A DNA stretch of 64,000 nt, taken from Herpetosiphon aurantiacus DSM 785. GTDB lineage: Bacteria > Chloroflexota > Chloroflexia > Chloroflexales > Herpetosiphonaceae. Position numbers and translations under genes: made by a program. The notes beneath the pieces were generated by a model. It saw nothing but the letters and a program-made list of their open reading frames with translations. It did no database searches and was not told the origin of the DNA. Within the stretch, counting starts at the first letter, position 1. Each line of letters begins with the position of its first letter. Below, one piece after another: positions 10,243 to 20,237 of this stretch. The stretch lies in assembly GCA_000018565.1 (NCBI GenBank), contig CP000875.1:313199-377198 (forward strand), read 5' to 3'.

Positions 10243-10747
10243 TAGTAACTCCTTGGATACGGATACGTGCCAATAGGCAGAGCATCGGACAGCCCTCCGT
10301 ATCGATTGCGATAGCCTACGTGCGACAGCAGTCTCCGTGGTTTCGGACACAAGCAGATCGGTGAGCGTTGGATTAAGCAGGGTATGACGACGGATGCGGG
10401 TGGGTGACTCTCCAAGAGCACGGAGGGGCATGTGGGAGCCATGGGTTGTCGGATACCAGCTGAGCGATTGTCTATTCAATCGTGCCATATCATGGCACTG
10501 TATCGTTGTCTTCCTGAAATGCTGACGGCACGAGGAGGCAGAATCCACCTTCGGTATTCCAGACATCTCGATCACCACGATCGTTTCCTGACAACCCATC
10601 TTGGGTGGATGATACTACCGCTTCATCGTGACAAACCGCAGCATGTGAAGTATTAGTAGCAGGACTACTGATATTGTTTTGGTTATACGGTAGGATATAC
10701 CATGGTGGTTGTTTCATCGAGAATTCCTTTCTGGGAGGCATCGGTGA

Positions 10748-11101
10748 TCAACATCTGCTATCCTTATGCATATAGTCTTGTTCTATGGGGACGGCCATGC
10801 TTTGAGGGGGACTTGTTCTGATAATCATCGCAGCGTTAATCCCCGCAGCAATCAGTGGCTCAGTAATTCCTGCCGCCGTCGTATCATGATGAATCCAAAT
10901 GATTCCGTCCCGATATTCTAGGTGCAGTAAACAATGATGGATACGATGGTGACCGTTCCATCCAATAACAATGACGAGATAGCGATGCTGATAAGGGTCA
11001 AAAATGGTTTGGAAACTATAGTTTCCATAGGCATACGGAATGCAGGTTTGTTCCGTTAAGACCAGTTCAAGGATTGTGCAGGGGCTTGTGCAGGTATCCA
11101 T
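10748..11101 (-). CDS. xisI: XisI-family protein (FdxN-element excision-controlling factor-like)
   Basis: It has the YLVIVIGWNGHHRIHHCLLHLEYRDGIIWIHHDTT...PLIAAGI signature typical of XisI (PF08869). It overlaps the 3' end of xisH. Confidence 0.75.
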   Translation of the reverse strand: MDTCTSPCTILELVLTEQTCIPYAYGNYSFQTIFDPYQHRYLVIVIGWNGHHRIHHCLLHLEYRDGIIWIHHDTTAAGITEPLIAAGINAAMIIRTSPPQSMAVPIEQDYMHKDSRC

Positions 11102-11490
11102 TGAATTGACTCCTCTTGGGTTGCATCAACCACAATAAACCGCATCTGATAAGCCGAACGTAAGAGATCCCTCAGCGGTGCGACTAACAAGGCCGTAAAT
11201 AGAGCTCGATCAAGCGCACAGTAGAGCGTACACATCGGGTCAAGTCGTCCAAGAATTGCTTGTGTCACTAAGGCTTGCCCCAAGAAGCATGTCAATGGTG
11301 GTACGCTACTGTCATCGTGCGGAGGGTAGATCGCAATCGCGATAGAACTATGGCTGTTGCTATTTGCCGCAAGATCAAGTTGGCTTTCGATCCCATACCA
11401 GAGCATACGTAATGGTTGATGGGTGATTAACCATCCCTGCCGTTCTAAGGCTGGAATCAAGATGGAAGACATGGTTGTATGAGACAACAT
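11056..11490 (-). CDS. xisH: XisH-family protein (PD-(D/E)xK-like endonuclease fold)
   Basis: It matches XisH: ALERQGWLITHQPL compared with ALxKDGWTITHDPL, and it has a C-terminal FIVVD...ESIQW motif. I chose the MLSH start because an AGGAG lies 9 nt upstream. The ORF-track start at 11520 is probably too long. Confidence 0.7.
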   Translation of the reverse strand: MLSHTTMSSILIPALERQGWLITHQPLRMLWYGIESQLDLAANSNSHSSIAIAIYPPHDDSSVPPLTCFLGQALVTQAILGRLDPMCTLYCALDRALFTALLVAPLRDLLRSAYQMRFIVVDATQEESIQWIPAQAPAQSLNWS

Positions 11491-11568
11491 CTTTCTCATC
11501 TCCTGCATGGAATGGGGCACACTTCGCCTTTCGGTAGGTAACCTATATTGAATTGATTACCCTTGGAT

Positions 11569-11982
11569 TTATGGTGGATCGCTTGTCGGTATGATTCGAG
11601 CCAGCGGCGCACCAATTAATGTTGCAACTTTGGCAACGAGGTCGGTAAAACTGGCCGGAAGTTCGAGCACATCGCAGCCAGCTGCTTGTAAAAAGGCTTG
11701 CTTACCTTGTATAAAAGCATGATCAACCGTCGTAACCAGAACGGGGATCTGCACCGTATTTGGATCAAAATGGAGTAATTTAAGTAATGGCCAGCCTGGA
11801 GCGGATGCTTGAAGGCCTACATCGAGAATAATTAAACTCGGTTGACTATCCCGTAACTGTTGATAGGTCAGGTCGGTGGTCAGGTAGGTGGTTGTAGCAT
11901 AGCCTGCTTCGAGCAAGAGTTCCTGTAATAAATCTAATAATGCCAAATCATTATTAACAACAGCAATCGTTTGGGGCACCAT
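11569..11982 (-). CDS. Stand-alone CheY-like receiver domain protein (intact copy B)
   Basis: The phosphoacceptor is in IILDVGL, with T in VLVTTVD and K in IQGKQ. The first acidic position is N (NND). Confidence 0.7.
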   Translation of the reverse strand: MVPQTIAVVNNDLALLDLLQELLLEAGYATTTYLTTDLTYQQLRDSQPSLIILDVGLQASAPGWPLLKLLHFDPNTVQIPVLVTTVDHAFIQGKQAFLQAAGCDVLELPASFTDLVAKVATLIGAPLARIIPTSDPP

Positions 11983-12009
11983 AGGATGCTCCTTTATTAT
12001 GGACTAGCG
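11597..12009. repeat. Direct repeat DR-B (partner of 6998-7397)
   Basis: Alignment by eye. It has 16 extra nt relative to DR-A. Confidence 0.8.
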
Positions 12010-12107
12010 TAGGCAGCAATTGTCTGCGCATTGTGATCGATGCGGAAATTCCGCAGCCGATCATGGTTTCCGCTTGCATTGGGCCAGCCCAACGCAAGCG
12101 GGATGGA

Positions 12108-12317
12108 TTAGGCATACGACTCCGGTTGACTCTCGGCGGTGCGCGTAGAGGATGGGTCAACCAGCCTCAGTCGCATTGGTCGGAGGGTCGTAACCCGCAG
12201 CGACGAATGACACGTCGCACAGATCACGATGCTGCCGCAATGCAAGACCCCCGAGAGTCCTTGTTTAGCACGACAGACGGGACAGGCAACCACGGTTATG
12301 CGCGCATAGGTGCTCAT
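12108..12317 (-). CDS. Zinc-ribbon small protein (two CxxC pairs)
   Basis: It has CPVC...CATC pairs. Its start overlaps the stop of the upstream LapA-like gene by 4 nt. Confidence 0.4.
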   Translation of the reverse strand: MSTYARITVVACPVCRAKQGLSGVLHCGSIVICATCHSSLRVTTLRPMRLRLVDPSSTRTAESQPESYA

Positions 12318-12699
12318 ACCGTGCGCTTTGGCGCATCATCGATCCATGGATCAAGGCGCTCACCGGTTTGTGGATTATAGTGTTGTGGCCCAGCCTCGAC
12401 GGCGAGTGGCATGGTTGTTGGTGGTGGCATCGCAGCATCAATTGGAATCAATGGTCGTTGGACAGGAGTGGCCTGCCCACGCTCGCGGAGGTTCGTATAG
12501 TAGGTCTCGATCTGGCGTGGAAAGGCAAACAAGCCAACCACCAGCATCCCACTGGCCAAGGCAGCCAATAGGAGCATCCATAGAGGCAAGGCTGGTGTTT
12601 GCCAATCGAAGAGGTGAATCGAAATCGCCGTTGTGTTTTGGAAGCCGATTGCTGCAAAGAGCAAGATTAAGATTCCAGTAATGATGCCAAGAATGGCTT
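12314..12699 (-). CDS. LapA-domain (DUF1049-like) small inner-membrane protein
   Basis: The protein starts MKAILGIITGILILLFAAIGFQN. An AAAGGAG RBS precedes the ATG at 12699. Confidence 0.5.
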
Positions 12700-13424
12700 T
12701 CATGAGGAGGACTCCTTTGCCCATGGTCGCACTGTGCTGCATGCTGAGGAGCTGGATATTGATCCAACCATTCCAACAACGCAGGAACAGGAATTCCACG
12801 GCAATAGTAGATCCATTCAGGAGCAGTTCCTGAATAGGTGGTAGGTGGTGCAGCCATCGATGACGATGGAGACACGCAACCCATAGATGTGGGTTATCAC
12901 CATATAAGAGAAGGGGAACTCGGTGTGATAGGATAACCAACGGTTATCGATGGGGGAGTGGCCGAGTTGAGGAGCACGATGCGCTTGAAGTGATACACAA
13001 GAGCATCTACGTATCACTATAGCACGCTTTCCATAATAAACAAGCTGCTGTTATCGTTTCGCCTCAACAATCATGTCTGAACCCGCTGCCTTGATATCGA
13101 TCCCTCACCCCTTGGGATAGGGACTTTACAGAGCTATCTATCGAGCGTACTCTTTCGGATGTAGCCGCATGCTTCCTATGTCATCGCCACCTGATGACTT
13201 ATTCTTCCCACACTTTTCTTCAGTTGTTGGTGTGATTCGCCCAATCTCTATGGGTGGGATCACGACCCGCAAAGCTCTACGATGCTCACCAGATGCACCA
13301 CCGAAAACCCTTGCCCAACCAAGTACTGATAGATAGCAGCGAAGGTCAGCTGTTTGAGGCCATCTGCTGTGCTTGGATTAGCGAATGGGTTATAGGTGTA
13401 TCTTGGTTATGGAGGAACTTCCCT

Positions 13425-15020
13425 ATGCGTATCATCCATCGTTCAGAACAAACCATCCAAACGGCGCATCATTATGCTGAACGTGCAGCGCATCATGGAG
13501 ATGCTGTATTTGATGGGGTAAGCATTCCGCCTGAGATTAGCGCACGAAACTGGGCTTTGGAAGGAACCGTGCATAGTACCAAGATTGTGACCAATCAGCT
13601 TGATAGCACACGTTATTTCCTAGGACCACAAGTCTGTATTACCCATGATGATAATCGTCGGACAACGTGGGCTGCCCATGTCGAACATGCACAGGCTGAT
13701 CAAGCCCATGGACAGTTGATTTTGAGTCAATTTATTGGCCCAAACCCTGCCGCAGCGGCGGCCTCGCTCAGCCCTGCAATGCGCTACGTTCCACAACTTG
13801 AGCGGACCATCATCGCGGAGGGTGAGATTTGGCGCTATCATCTTACCTTGAACAAATTTACTGGAACCATTGTTACGACGTGGATTACGCGCAGCGCTAA
13901 AGGTCTCCAATTGTGGCTCGATGGAACATTGGTTAATACCGAATCGTCAGAAGTTGATTTCCCCTTTTTCGGCTTGAGCCAAGTTGCGGTTGGGCATGTT
14001 GCGACCGCCCCGCCACCATTCGGTTTGTTGAGTTATAAATGCCGTAATACCGGTCGCCTGTTTATTCGACGGTATGTTGATGGCCAACTGGGACCAGAAG
14101 TTGGCCTTGATGTTGGTGAAATCCGTGGCGGACTCTCATTTGGCATTAGTGGTAAACAGATTCTGGCACGGGTCGATCGGATTACTGCAGGTGGATTAGT
14201 TCCAACCCTGCTACGATCAGCGGATGGCGGAAAATCGTTTGATAAGCCCCATGCGATTGATCTTGGTGGCTATGACCAAGATTTTAAGCTTATCCCTGGC
14301 TATACCGAACCAATCGTTGATAAAGGCGGCGCGTTTCATGTGCCGATCATCCTCAGTAATGGGCGTGAATCGGTTGCGCTTAATTATATTCCTGAACATG
14401 AGACGATTGTCGAAGCCATTCGCGTGACTGGTGGCAACCCATTGGGCAAACTCGCGGTATTTCCAAGCACGGTTGGCAGTAAAACCTCCTTTGGCAATGG
14501 CACGAGCGATGGTCATGGCCTAATTATGATTCTTGCGACTGAAGGCCGACTATTTACCAGTAATTCTTCGGCTGGCGGAATCTATTTTCCCGAAGCTGTT
14601 CTGCTGAATCATGAAATGCCCTTAATTGCCGGATTCGCTGCATCGGAATGCTATAGCAGTGGCTTAAAACCCAACATTGTCAGTATGGACTATATCTATC
14701 TTGAAGCGAATTCAATTGGTCAGGTAGCTTCCCCAACGCTCCATTATGAAACATGGGATATGCCGCTGCCGTTGCCCCAAGCCACGGCGAAAAGTAAGGG
14801 AGCATCAGTGGCTATCACGATCCAGTCTGATGCTGATGTTGAGCCAGGTAAGGTGGTCTTTAACTTTGATGACCCATCGATTGTGATTACCAATAGCACA
14901 ATCACAAGCCTGCGCACTGCCACCCTTGAAACGAATACCCCCAAGCTTTCAGGAAAAAAGGTCTCTTTTGATATTCTGACCCTTTTTCATCGGCATTATG
15001 GTGAGGCGATGATTGATTAA
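13425..15020 (+). CDS. Hypothetical 531-aa protein with a BNR/Asp-box motif (possible beta-propeller fold)
   Basis: A GGAGGAA RBS lies before the ATG at 13425. It has an SADGGKSF Asp-box. There is no signal peptide. The local GC is lower than in neighbouring regions. Confidence 0.5.
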   Translation: MRIIHRSEQTIQTAHHYAERAAHHGDAVFDGVSIPPEISARNWALEGTVHSTKIVTNQLDSTRYFLGPQVCITHDDNRRTTWAAHVEHAQADQAHGQLILSQFIGPNPAAAAASLSPAMRYVPQLERTIIAEGEIWRYHLTLNKFTGTIVTTWITRSAKGLQLWLDGTLVNTESSEVDFPFFGLSQVAVGHVATAPPPFGLLSYKCRNTGRLFIRRYVDGQLGPEVGLDVGEIRGGLSFGISGKQILARVDRITAGGLVPTLLRSADGGKSFDKPHAIDLGGYDQDFKLIPGYTEPIVDKGGAFHVPIILSNGRESVALNYIPEHETIVEAIRVTGGNPLGKLAVFPSTVGSKTSFGNGTSDGHGLIMILATEGRLFTSNSSAGGIYFPEAVLLNHEMPLIAGFAASECYSSGLKPNIVSMDYIYLEANSIGQVASPTLHYETWDMPLPLPQATAKSKGASVAITIQSDADVEPGKVVFNFDDPSIVITNSTITSLRTATLETNTPKLSGKKVSFDILTLFHRHYGEAMID

Positions 15021-15511
15021 TCAGCCAGTTTGGCCTCTATTCGTGGCATAATTACCAGCACGAAGCGATTCCAATCAGCGTCTGTCGTTGTGTTTATCAT
15101 GCGATAGTGCTATACTAGGTAGGTGAAGTATATCAATTGTATTTCACCTACCTACCTCTTAACTCGGCCATATCCCCCACTCGATAACTATTTTGGTTAT
15201 CCTATCATTCCGAGTTTTCACTCTTCAGATGAATGTTAATGATTGTCGGTGTGTTGAACACCATCATTGTTGCTGGCGAAAACGCTACCATACCATAATG
15301 GTCGCTTGCTCGCTGCAATTGTTGGTGATAGCCACTCACAAAAATCCCGCATGGTGACGCGCAGTTGCATCGGCATGTACTTAAAGGGATACGTCATCAA
15401 GCTCCGAGTCATCCACATATGGATGGCTTGGAATTAATTGTTGTTGTATGCACCCCTGTTGCTGTATGCACGTTCAATCAACCCGCTGGCTGCGCCGCGA
15501 GATAGGATATT

Positions 15512-16723
15512 TTGATGAAGCCGAATGGGATGCAGATCTTATTCATTGACCATGATGGGCATGGCATACCCATTATTGCGTCGATCATCACGGCAATTCA
15601 AACCGTCCAGTATCGCCTGATTGCGGTCTCCGACCTCCACCATGGCCTGAGTATGCTGGCAACTCGCCGGATCGATGCTATCTTGGTGCGACTGTCACTG
15701 ACGGATAATACCGGCATGATCATCCAAACGCTGTCTGATCATGCATCAACCTATCCACTCATTCTCTCCTCCCCAAATACCGATGATCACACCTTGATCC
15801 CTATGCTGCACGGCGGGGTTCATGCCACGCTGTTTGACGATGAACTTACGCCAGCACTGTTTCAGCGGACACTCGACTATGGGTTTGCCCGCGTCGCTCA
15901 ATTAGCGGCAGAAGATCATGTCCAAACGCTCACCAGCACGCTGGCAGTGGCGCTTGATACAACCCATCAGATTGAACATCATCTGGCAATTGCGATTCAT
16001 GAACTCCAAACGCCCATCAGTATTTTGCTCGGCTATATTGATCTATTTGAGCGACGAGTTGCGACATGGGGTGGAATTCCCCTACGCGAACGGCAAATGA
16101 TTAATACGATGCGGATGCAAGCGATTCATGTAGGACGATTGGTTCCAACGTTGCTTGATAGCACGCTGATGACGCACGAGCTTGGGCCGATTCAGCGGCG
16201 TTCGCTTGAACTGAGTGCGGTGCTGCGAACGGTCGTTGGAGCAATGCAAGGCATGCGAGCCTCGCATCTGTTGGTGTTGCGGGTGCCCGATGCAGCTGTA
16301 TGGATTGAGGGCGATTATGGGCGCTTAGTTCAAATTTTTCAGAATCTCTTGCTCAATGCCCTGCACTATAGCGGCATGCATAGTGAAATTACCATCACCC
16401 TCGCTGCTGATGGGCAGATCACCATTCAGGATTATGGGGTCGGGATCTCCGCTGATGCCCTTGTGCAAATTGCGCGTCCATTTTTTGACACTGCTGATCC
16501 CCATGGAGCGGCACGGATTGGTCAAGGACTTGGCTTGGCCATTGTGCAAGAACTCATCCAGCAACACGAGGGCAGCATCACGATCGCCAGCACGGTAGAT
16601 CATGGAACAACCATCACCATCCAATTTCCCTGGAGTGTTCGGCCAACCCGTCTACCGGAACATCCTGCATCAATGCCGGTGAACTATCCCACCATTACTG
16701 ATATTCAAGGGAGCACGCTATGA
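15512..16723 (+). CDS. Sensor histidine kinase with N-terminal degenerate receiver-like domain
   Basis: It has an H-box (IAIHELQTPISILLGYIDL) and HATPase_c motifs (NLLLNALHYSG, DYGVGIS, GQGLGLAIV). The start may be at 15530. Confidence 0.75.
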   Translation: MMKPNGMQILFIDHDGHGIPIIASIITAIQTVQYRLIAVSDLHHGLSMLATRRIDAILVRLSLTDNTGMIIQTLSDHASTYPLILSSPNTDDHTLIPMLHGGVHATLFDDELTPALFQRTLDYGFARVAQLAAEDHVQTLTSTLAVALDTTHQIEHHLAIAIHELQTPISILLGYIDLFERRVATWGGIPLRERQMINTMRMQAIHVGRLVPTLLDSTLMTHELGPIQRRSLELSAVLRTVVGAMQGMRASHLLVLRVPDAAVWIEGDYGRLVQIFQNLLLNALHYSGMHSEITITLAADGQITIQDYGVGISADALVQIARPFFDTADPHGAARIGQGLGLAIVQELIQQHEGSITIASTVDHGTTITIQFPWSVRPTRLPEHPASMPVNYPTITDIQGSTL

Positions 16724-16992
16724 AAAAACGTTCTGTTCTGCTCTGGCTAAGCCTGATTGGTGGGCTGATGCTACTGGGTAGTGCTAGCCCACAACCACAG
16801 GTGACGATTGGTGGTCTGACCATTCCCGTGTGGCAGATGCTCATGGCGATCGTTCTCACCATGCTGAGTGGATTAGTGCTGCGGTTCATAGCTCACCAAT
16901 ATCATGAGTATCGCACACTCTACAACCACCCCCCCACCCATTGGAATCAATGGCCAGACGATCCGCTGCCATCGAAACCGAGCATTCGCTAA
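16720..16992 (+). CDS. Small membrane protein, translationally coupled to the kinase (ATGA overlap)
   Basis: There is a signal/TM segment (MKKRSVLLWLSLIGGLMLLG) and a second TM segment. Confidence 0.45.
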   Translation: MKKRSVLLWLSLIGGLMLLGSASPQPQVTIGGLTIPVWQMLMAIVLTMLSGLVLRFIAHQYHEYRTLYNHPPTHWNQWPDDPLPSKPSIR

Positions 16993-17020
16993 CCCAACGA
17001 CTATTTCGGAAGGAGGCGTT

Positions 17021-17332
17021 ATGGTGGCCTGTTCTACCACCACGATCATTGAAACAGTGCTGATCGCAACGCTATGTCCTGACACGACGGGAACATGTGC
17101 CGTACAAACTGTGTTTGACCGCGAGCAACAGCATTATATGGTGGTGGTTGCTGGTTGGCACGGACAGCATCGGATTCATCGTTGTCTTGTGCATATCGCC
17201 TATCACGATGAGCGGGTTTGGATTCATTGTGATCATACAATCCATGGGATTCCTGAGCGCTTAATCGCCGCAGGGATTCCTGCCACCCGCATTTTGCAGG
17301 TTTTTCCGCTGGCTGGCCTACGCATGCCCTAG
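17021..17332 (+). CDS. Orphan XisI-like protein
   Basis: It has the YMVVVAGWHGQHRIHRCLVHIAYHDERVWIHCDHT...RLIAAGIP signature. A GGAGG RBS lies before the ATG at 17021. There is no adjacent xisH. Confidence 0.65.
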   Translation: MVACSTTTIIETVLIATLCPDTTGTCAVQTVFDREQQHYMVVVAGWHGQHRIHRCLVHIAYHDERVWIHCDHTIHGIPERLIAAGIPATRILQVFPLAGLRMP

Positions 17333-17372
17333 CCGCCCATGGCGCTCCGATCATTCAAGAAAGGGGCTATCG

Positions 17373-17837
17373 ATGGATAGTCATTGGTTTACACCCGATC
17401 ATCAGCACTATTTTCAGGTAGGGATTGATTCCTATCCGCATCCCGTTCCCGTTACCAATGCCCTACGTTGTCTGTTGTTTGGGTTTAGTCAGCAGGATCA
17501 TCCGCTGGTGATCCATCCCCTGACCTTTGCTGAACCAAATCATTTTGGTACCTTCACGCAGCGCTGGATGAGTCCTCAGATGCAAGGGAATGCCATCGCA
17601 GGCTGGACAGGCTTTATGGCTTTACGCTATCTGTTGGGCTACTTTAGCCAGTGGGTGCTGCTCCCACCTGCTATTCGCTATCAGGCTTGGCATCCGACCG
17701 CCCGCACGGTTACGCCACCAGTTCAGGTGATTGCCGCCATTCGGGCCTGGGATGTGGGCTGGGAACATCAGCTTGATAACCTTTTGCCACGGATTGAAAC
17801 ATTGCGCCACCCACAATATGCCGCTCTGGCAGGGTGA
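17373..17837 (+). CDS. Hypothetical protein
   Basis: It is an ORF with an AAAGGGG RBS. It has Trp-rich regions and no recognisable motifs. Confidence 0.4.
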   Translation: MDSHWFTPDHQHYFQVGIDSYPHPVPVTNALRCLLFGFSQQDHPLVIHPLTFAEPNHFGTFTQRWMSPQMQGNAIAGWTGFMALRYLLGYFSQWVLLPPAIRYQAWHPTARTVTPPVQVIAAIRAWDVGWEHQLDNLLPRIETLRHPQYAALAG

Positions 17838-17866
17838 TTGCTTCCCGTTAGTATAGGAGGTGTGGC

Positions 17867-20209
17867 ATGCCGACACCGATTCGCTCAATCTTAATCATTG
17901 GAAATTATGCTCCGCGCCAGTGTGGCATAGCAACCTATACCACCGATTTACGCATGGCCTTGCTTGACGCGTATCCGCAGAGCAGGATCGACGTGATGGC
18001 CATGAATGATACTCCCGCAGGCTATGACTACCCCGATTCAGTCGTCTTTACGATTGATCAGGATGACCCCTATGCCTATTATCAAGCTGCCGATTTTATC
18101 CGCTTGAGTTCGTATGACCTTGTGTGTATTCAGCACGAATATGGGATTTTTGGTGGTGCTTCGGGGCGGAATCTGCTCTTGCTCATTCGTGCTATCACGA
18201 TTCCGATTGTAACCACCTTACACACGGTGTTACGCGAACCAACCGCCGATCAACATACGATTCTGTGGGAGCTTGCGCAACGATCACAACGGATTATCGT
18301 GATGAGTTCGCATGCGGTCGATTTAATGCATACAATCTATGGTATTCCATTGGCTCAGATTGATTGTATTCCGCATGGCATTCCTGATCTGCCGTTTCGC
18401 GATGGCTATGAGGATAAACAACACGCGAATCTGATTGGGAAGCAGGTTTTGCTTACCTTCGGCTTGCTTTCGCCAAATAAAGGGATTGAAGATGTCTTAC
18501 ATGCGTTGCCATTGCTGATCAAACAGCATCCGCATGTGCTGTATCTGATTGTTGGCGCAACCCATCCAACCGTTCGTCAAACCTTTGGCGAGGCCTATCG
18601 GGAGATGCTTCAGGCCTTAGTCGAGCAACTTGGAATTCAAGCGCATGTGCGGTTTCACGACCAATTTGTGAGTTCCAGCGCTTTAGCAATTTATATGGGT
18701 GCGGCTGATATTTATATTACGCCCTATCATACCCAAGAACAAAGCGTCTCGGGTACTTTAGCCTATGCGATTGGGGCAGGCAAGGCGATTGTCTCGACAC
18801 CCTATTGGTATGCAACCGAACTCTTGGCCCATGGTGGTGGCATGCTGGTTCCGTTTCATGATCCAGCGCTGCTCGCTGAGCAGGTTAACACGCTTTTAGC
18901 CGAACCCCAGCTGCGTCAAACCATCCGCGAACGCGCCTATCAACGCGGGCGCACGATGCTCTGGTCGGTTGTTGCCACGCACTATATGCACAGTTTTATG
19001 CAGGCACGAACGCACCCCCTCCATCCCGTGCTAGTGCTGGCGAATCAACCAATCAAGTCCGATTCGCCGATCATCCCGCCGTTATGTCTTGATCATCTGA
19101 TCGCCATGACTGACGATATGGGCTTGATCCAACATGCGATCTTGAATATTCCGAATCATCACGAAGGCTATGCGACCGATGATAATGCGCGAGCCTTGAT
19201 TGCCACGATGCTGCTCGATCCTATCCAAGAACCACAGGCCCAGCGCTTGGCAATGCGCTATTTAGCGTTTCTCTGGTATGCCTTTAATCCAGCGACCCAA
19301 CGGTTTCGCAACTTTATGGGGGCAAATCGGCAGTGGTTAGAGGCGACAGGCTCGGAAGATGCCCATGCTCGCAGTATCTGGGCACTTGGCACGGTGCTTG
19401 AACAGAGCCATGATCCGGGCTTGTGCGGCGTTGCGCAACGACTCCTCCGTTTTGCGCTTCCAGCGGTGGCTCAGCTGACTCACCCACGGCCATGGGCCTT
19501 AGCATTGTTGGGTTTCGCTGCCTATCGTCAACGCTTTCCTGGTGATCGCACGGTTATGGCCAGCCAATTGCACCTCGCTGAACAATTATTGTCCCGCTTT
19601 CAAGCGGCGCATCAGCCTGATTGGGAATGGTTTGATGATCATCTGACCTATGATAATGCGGTTCTGCCGCATGCATTGATTGTCAGCGGTCAAACCCTTC
19701 AGCGCCCAGATATGGTTGAGGCTGGGTTAACGGCCTTGACCTGGCTCTGTGCGATTCAGCGGCCTGAGGCTGACCATTTCAAGCCCATTGGCTCGAATGG
19801 GTTTTTCCAGCGTGGGCAAGCTCCAGCCCACTATGATCAACAGCCAATTGAGGCTCAGGCAACCGTGCTGGCAGCCTGTGCCGCCTTTGAAAGCACAGGC
19901 GATTCAGGCTGGTACGATGAAGCCCAGCATGCCTTTTATTGGTTTCTCGGCCACAACGATGCAGGCGTAGCCCTTTACGACCCGCGCACTGGTGGCTGTG
20001 CTGATGGGCTGGAAATTGATCGGATTAATCAAAATCAGGGGGCTGAATCAACCCTCGCATTTTTAATTGGCCGATTGACGATGCAGACGATCACGCCACC
20101 AATCAGGCGCGGAACAGCGGAAAACACGTCAGCCAGCGTCACCCGACCACCGCGCATTCGAGCGGATTTGATTCCGCCACGTGATCCCAATCCATCAAGA
20201 CCATTGTAG
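17867..20209 (+). CDS. GT4-family glycosyltransferase fused to a C-terminal (alpha/alpha)6-barrel-like domain
   Basis: A GGAGG RBS precedes it. The N-terminal ~380 aa have a GT-B/GT4 layout. The C-terminal ~350 aa are helical, resembling AGE or GH63 toroids. The specific family cannot be assigned by eye. Confidence 0.7.
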   Translation: MPTPIRSILIIGNYAPRQCGIATYTTDLRMALLDAYPQSRIDVMAMNDTPAGYDYPDSVVFTIDQDDPYAYYQAADFIRLSSYDLVCIQHEYGIFGGASGRNLLLLIRAITIPIVTTLHTVLREPTADQHTILWELAQRSQRIIVMSSHAVDLMHTIYGIPLAQIDCIPHGIPDLPFRDGYEDKQHANLIGKQVLLTFGLLSPNKGIEDVLHALPLLIKQHPHVLYLIVGATHPTVRQTFGEAYREMLQALVEQLGIQAHVRFHDQFVSSSALAIYMGAADIYITPYHTQEQSVSGTLAYAIGAGKAIVSTPYWYATELLAHGGGMLVPFHDPALLAEQVNTLLAEPQLRQTIRERAYQRGRTMLWSVVATHYMHSFMQARTHPLHPVLVLANQPIKSDSPIIPPLCLDHLIAMTDDMGLIQHAILNIPNHHEGYATDDNARALIATMLLDPIQEPQAQRLAMRYLAFLWYAFNPATQRFRNFMGANRQWLEATGSEDAHARSIWALGTVLEQSHDPGLCGVAQRLLRFALPAVAQLTHPRPWALALLGFAAYRQRFPGDRTVMASQLHLAEQLLSRFQAAHQPDWEWFDDHLTYDNAVLPHALIVSGQTLQRPDMVEAGLTALTWLCAIQRPEADHFKPIGSNGFFQRGQAPAHYDQQPIEAQATVLAACAAFESTGDSGWYDEAQHAFYWFLGHNDAGVALYDPRTGGCADGLEIDRINQNQGAESTLAFLIGRLTMQTITPPIRRGTAENTSASVTRPPRIRADLIPPRDPNPSRPL

Positions 20210-20237
20210 TGTCTCTTGGCGAGGCAGTCTGGAATAC

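Noticed and set aside
12438-12940. Long minus-strand ORFs (12314-12940 as 208 aa, and 12438-12884)
   Set aside because: An internal ATG with an AAAGGAG RBS at 12699 gives a coherent LapA-like membrane protein. The N-terminal extension and the alternative frame are Trp/His-rich with no support.
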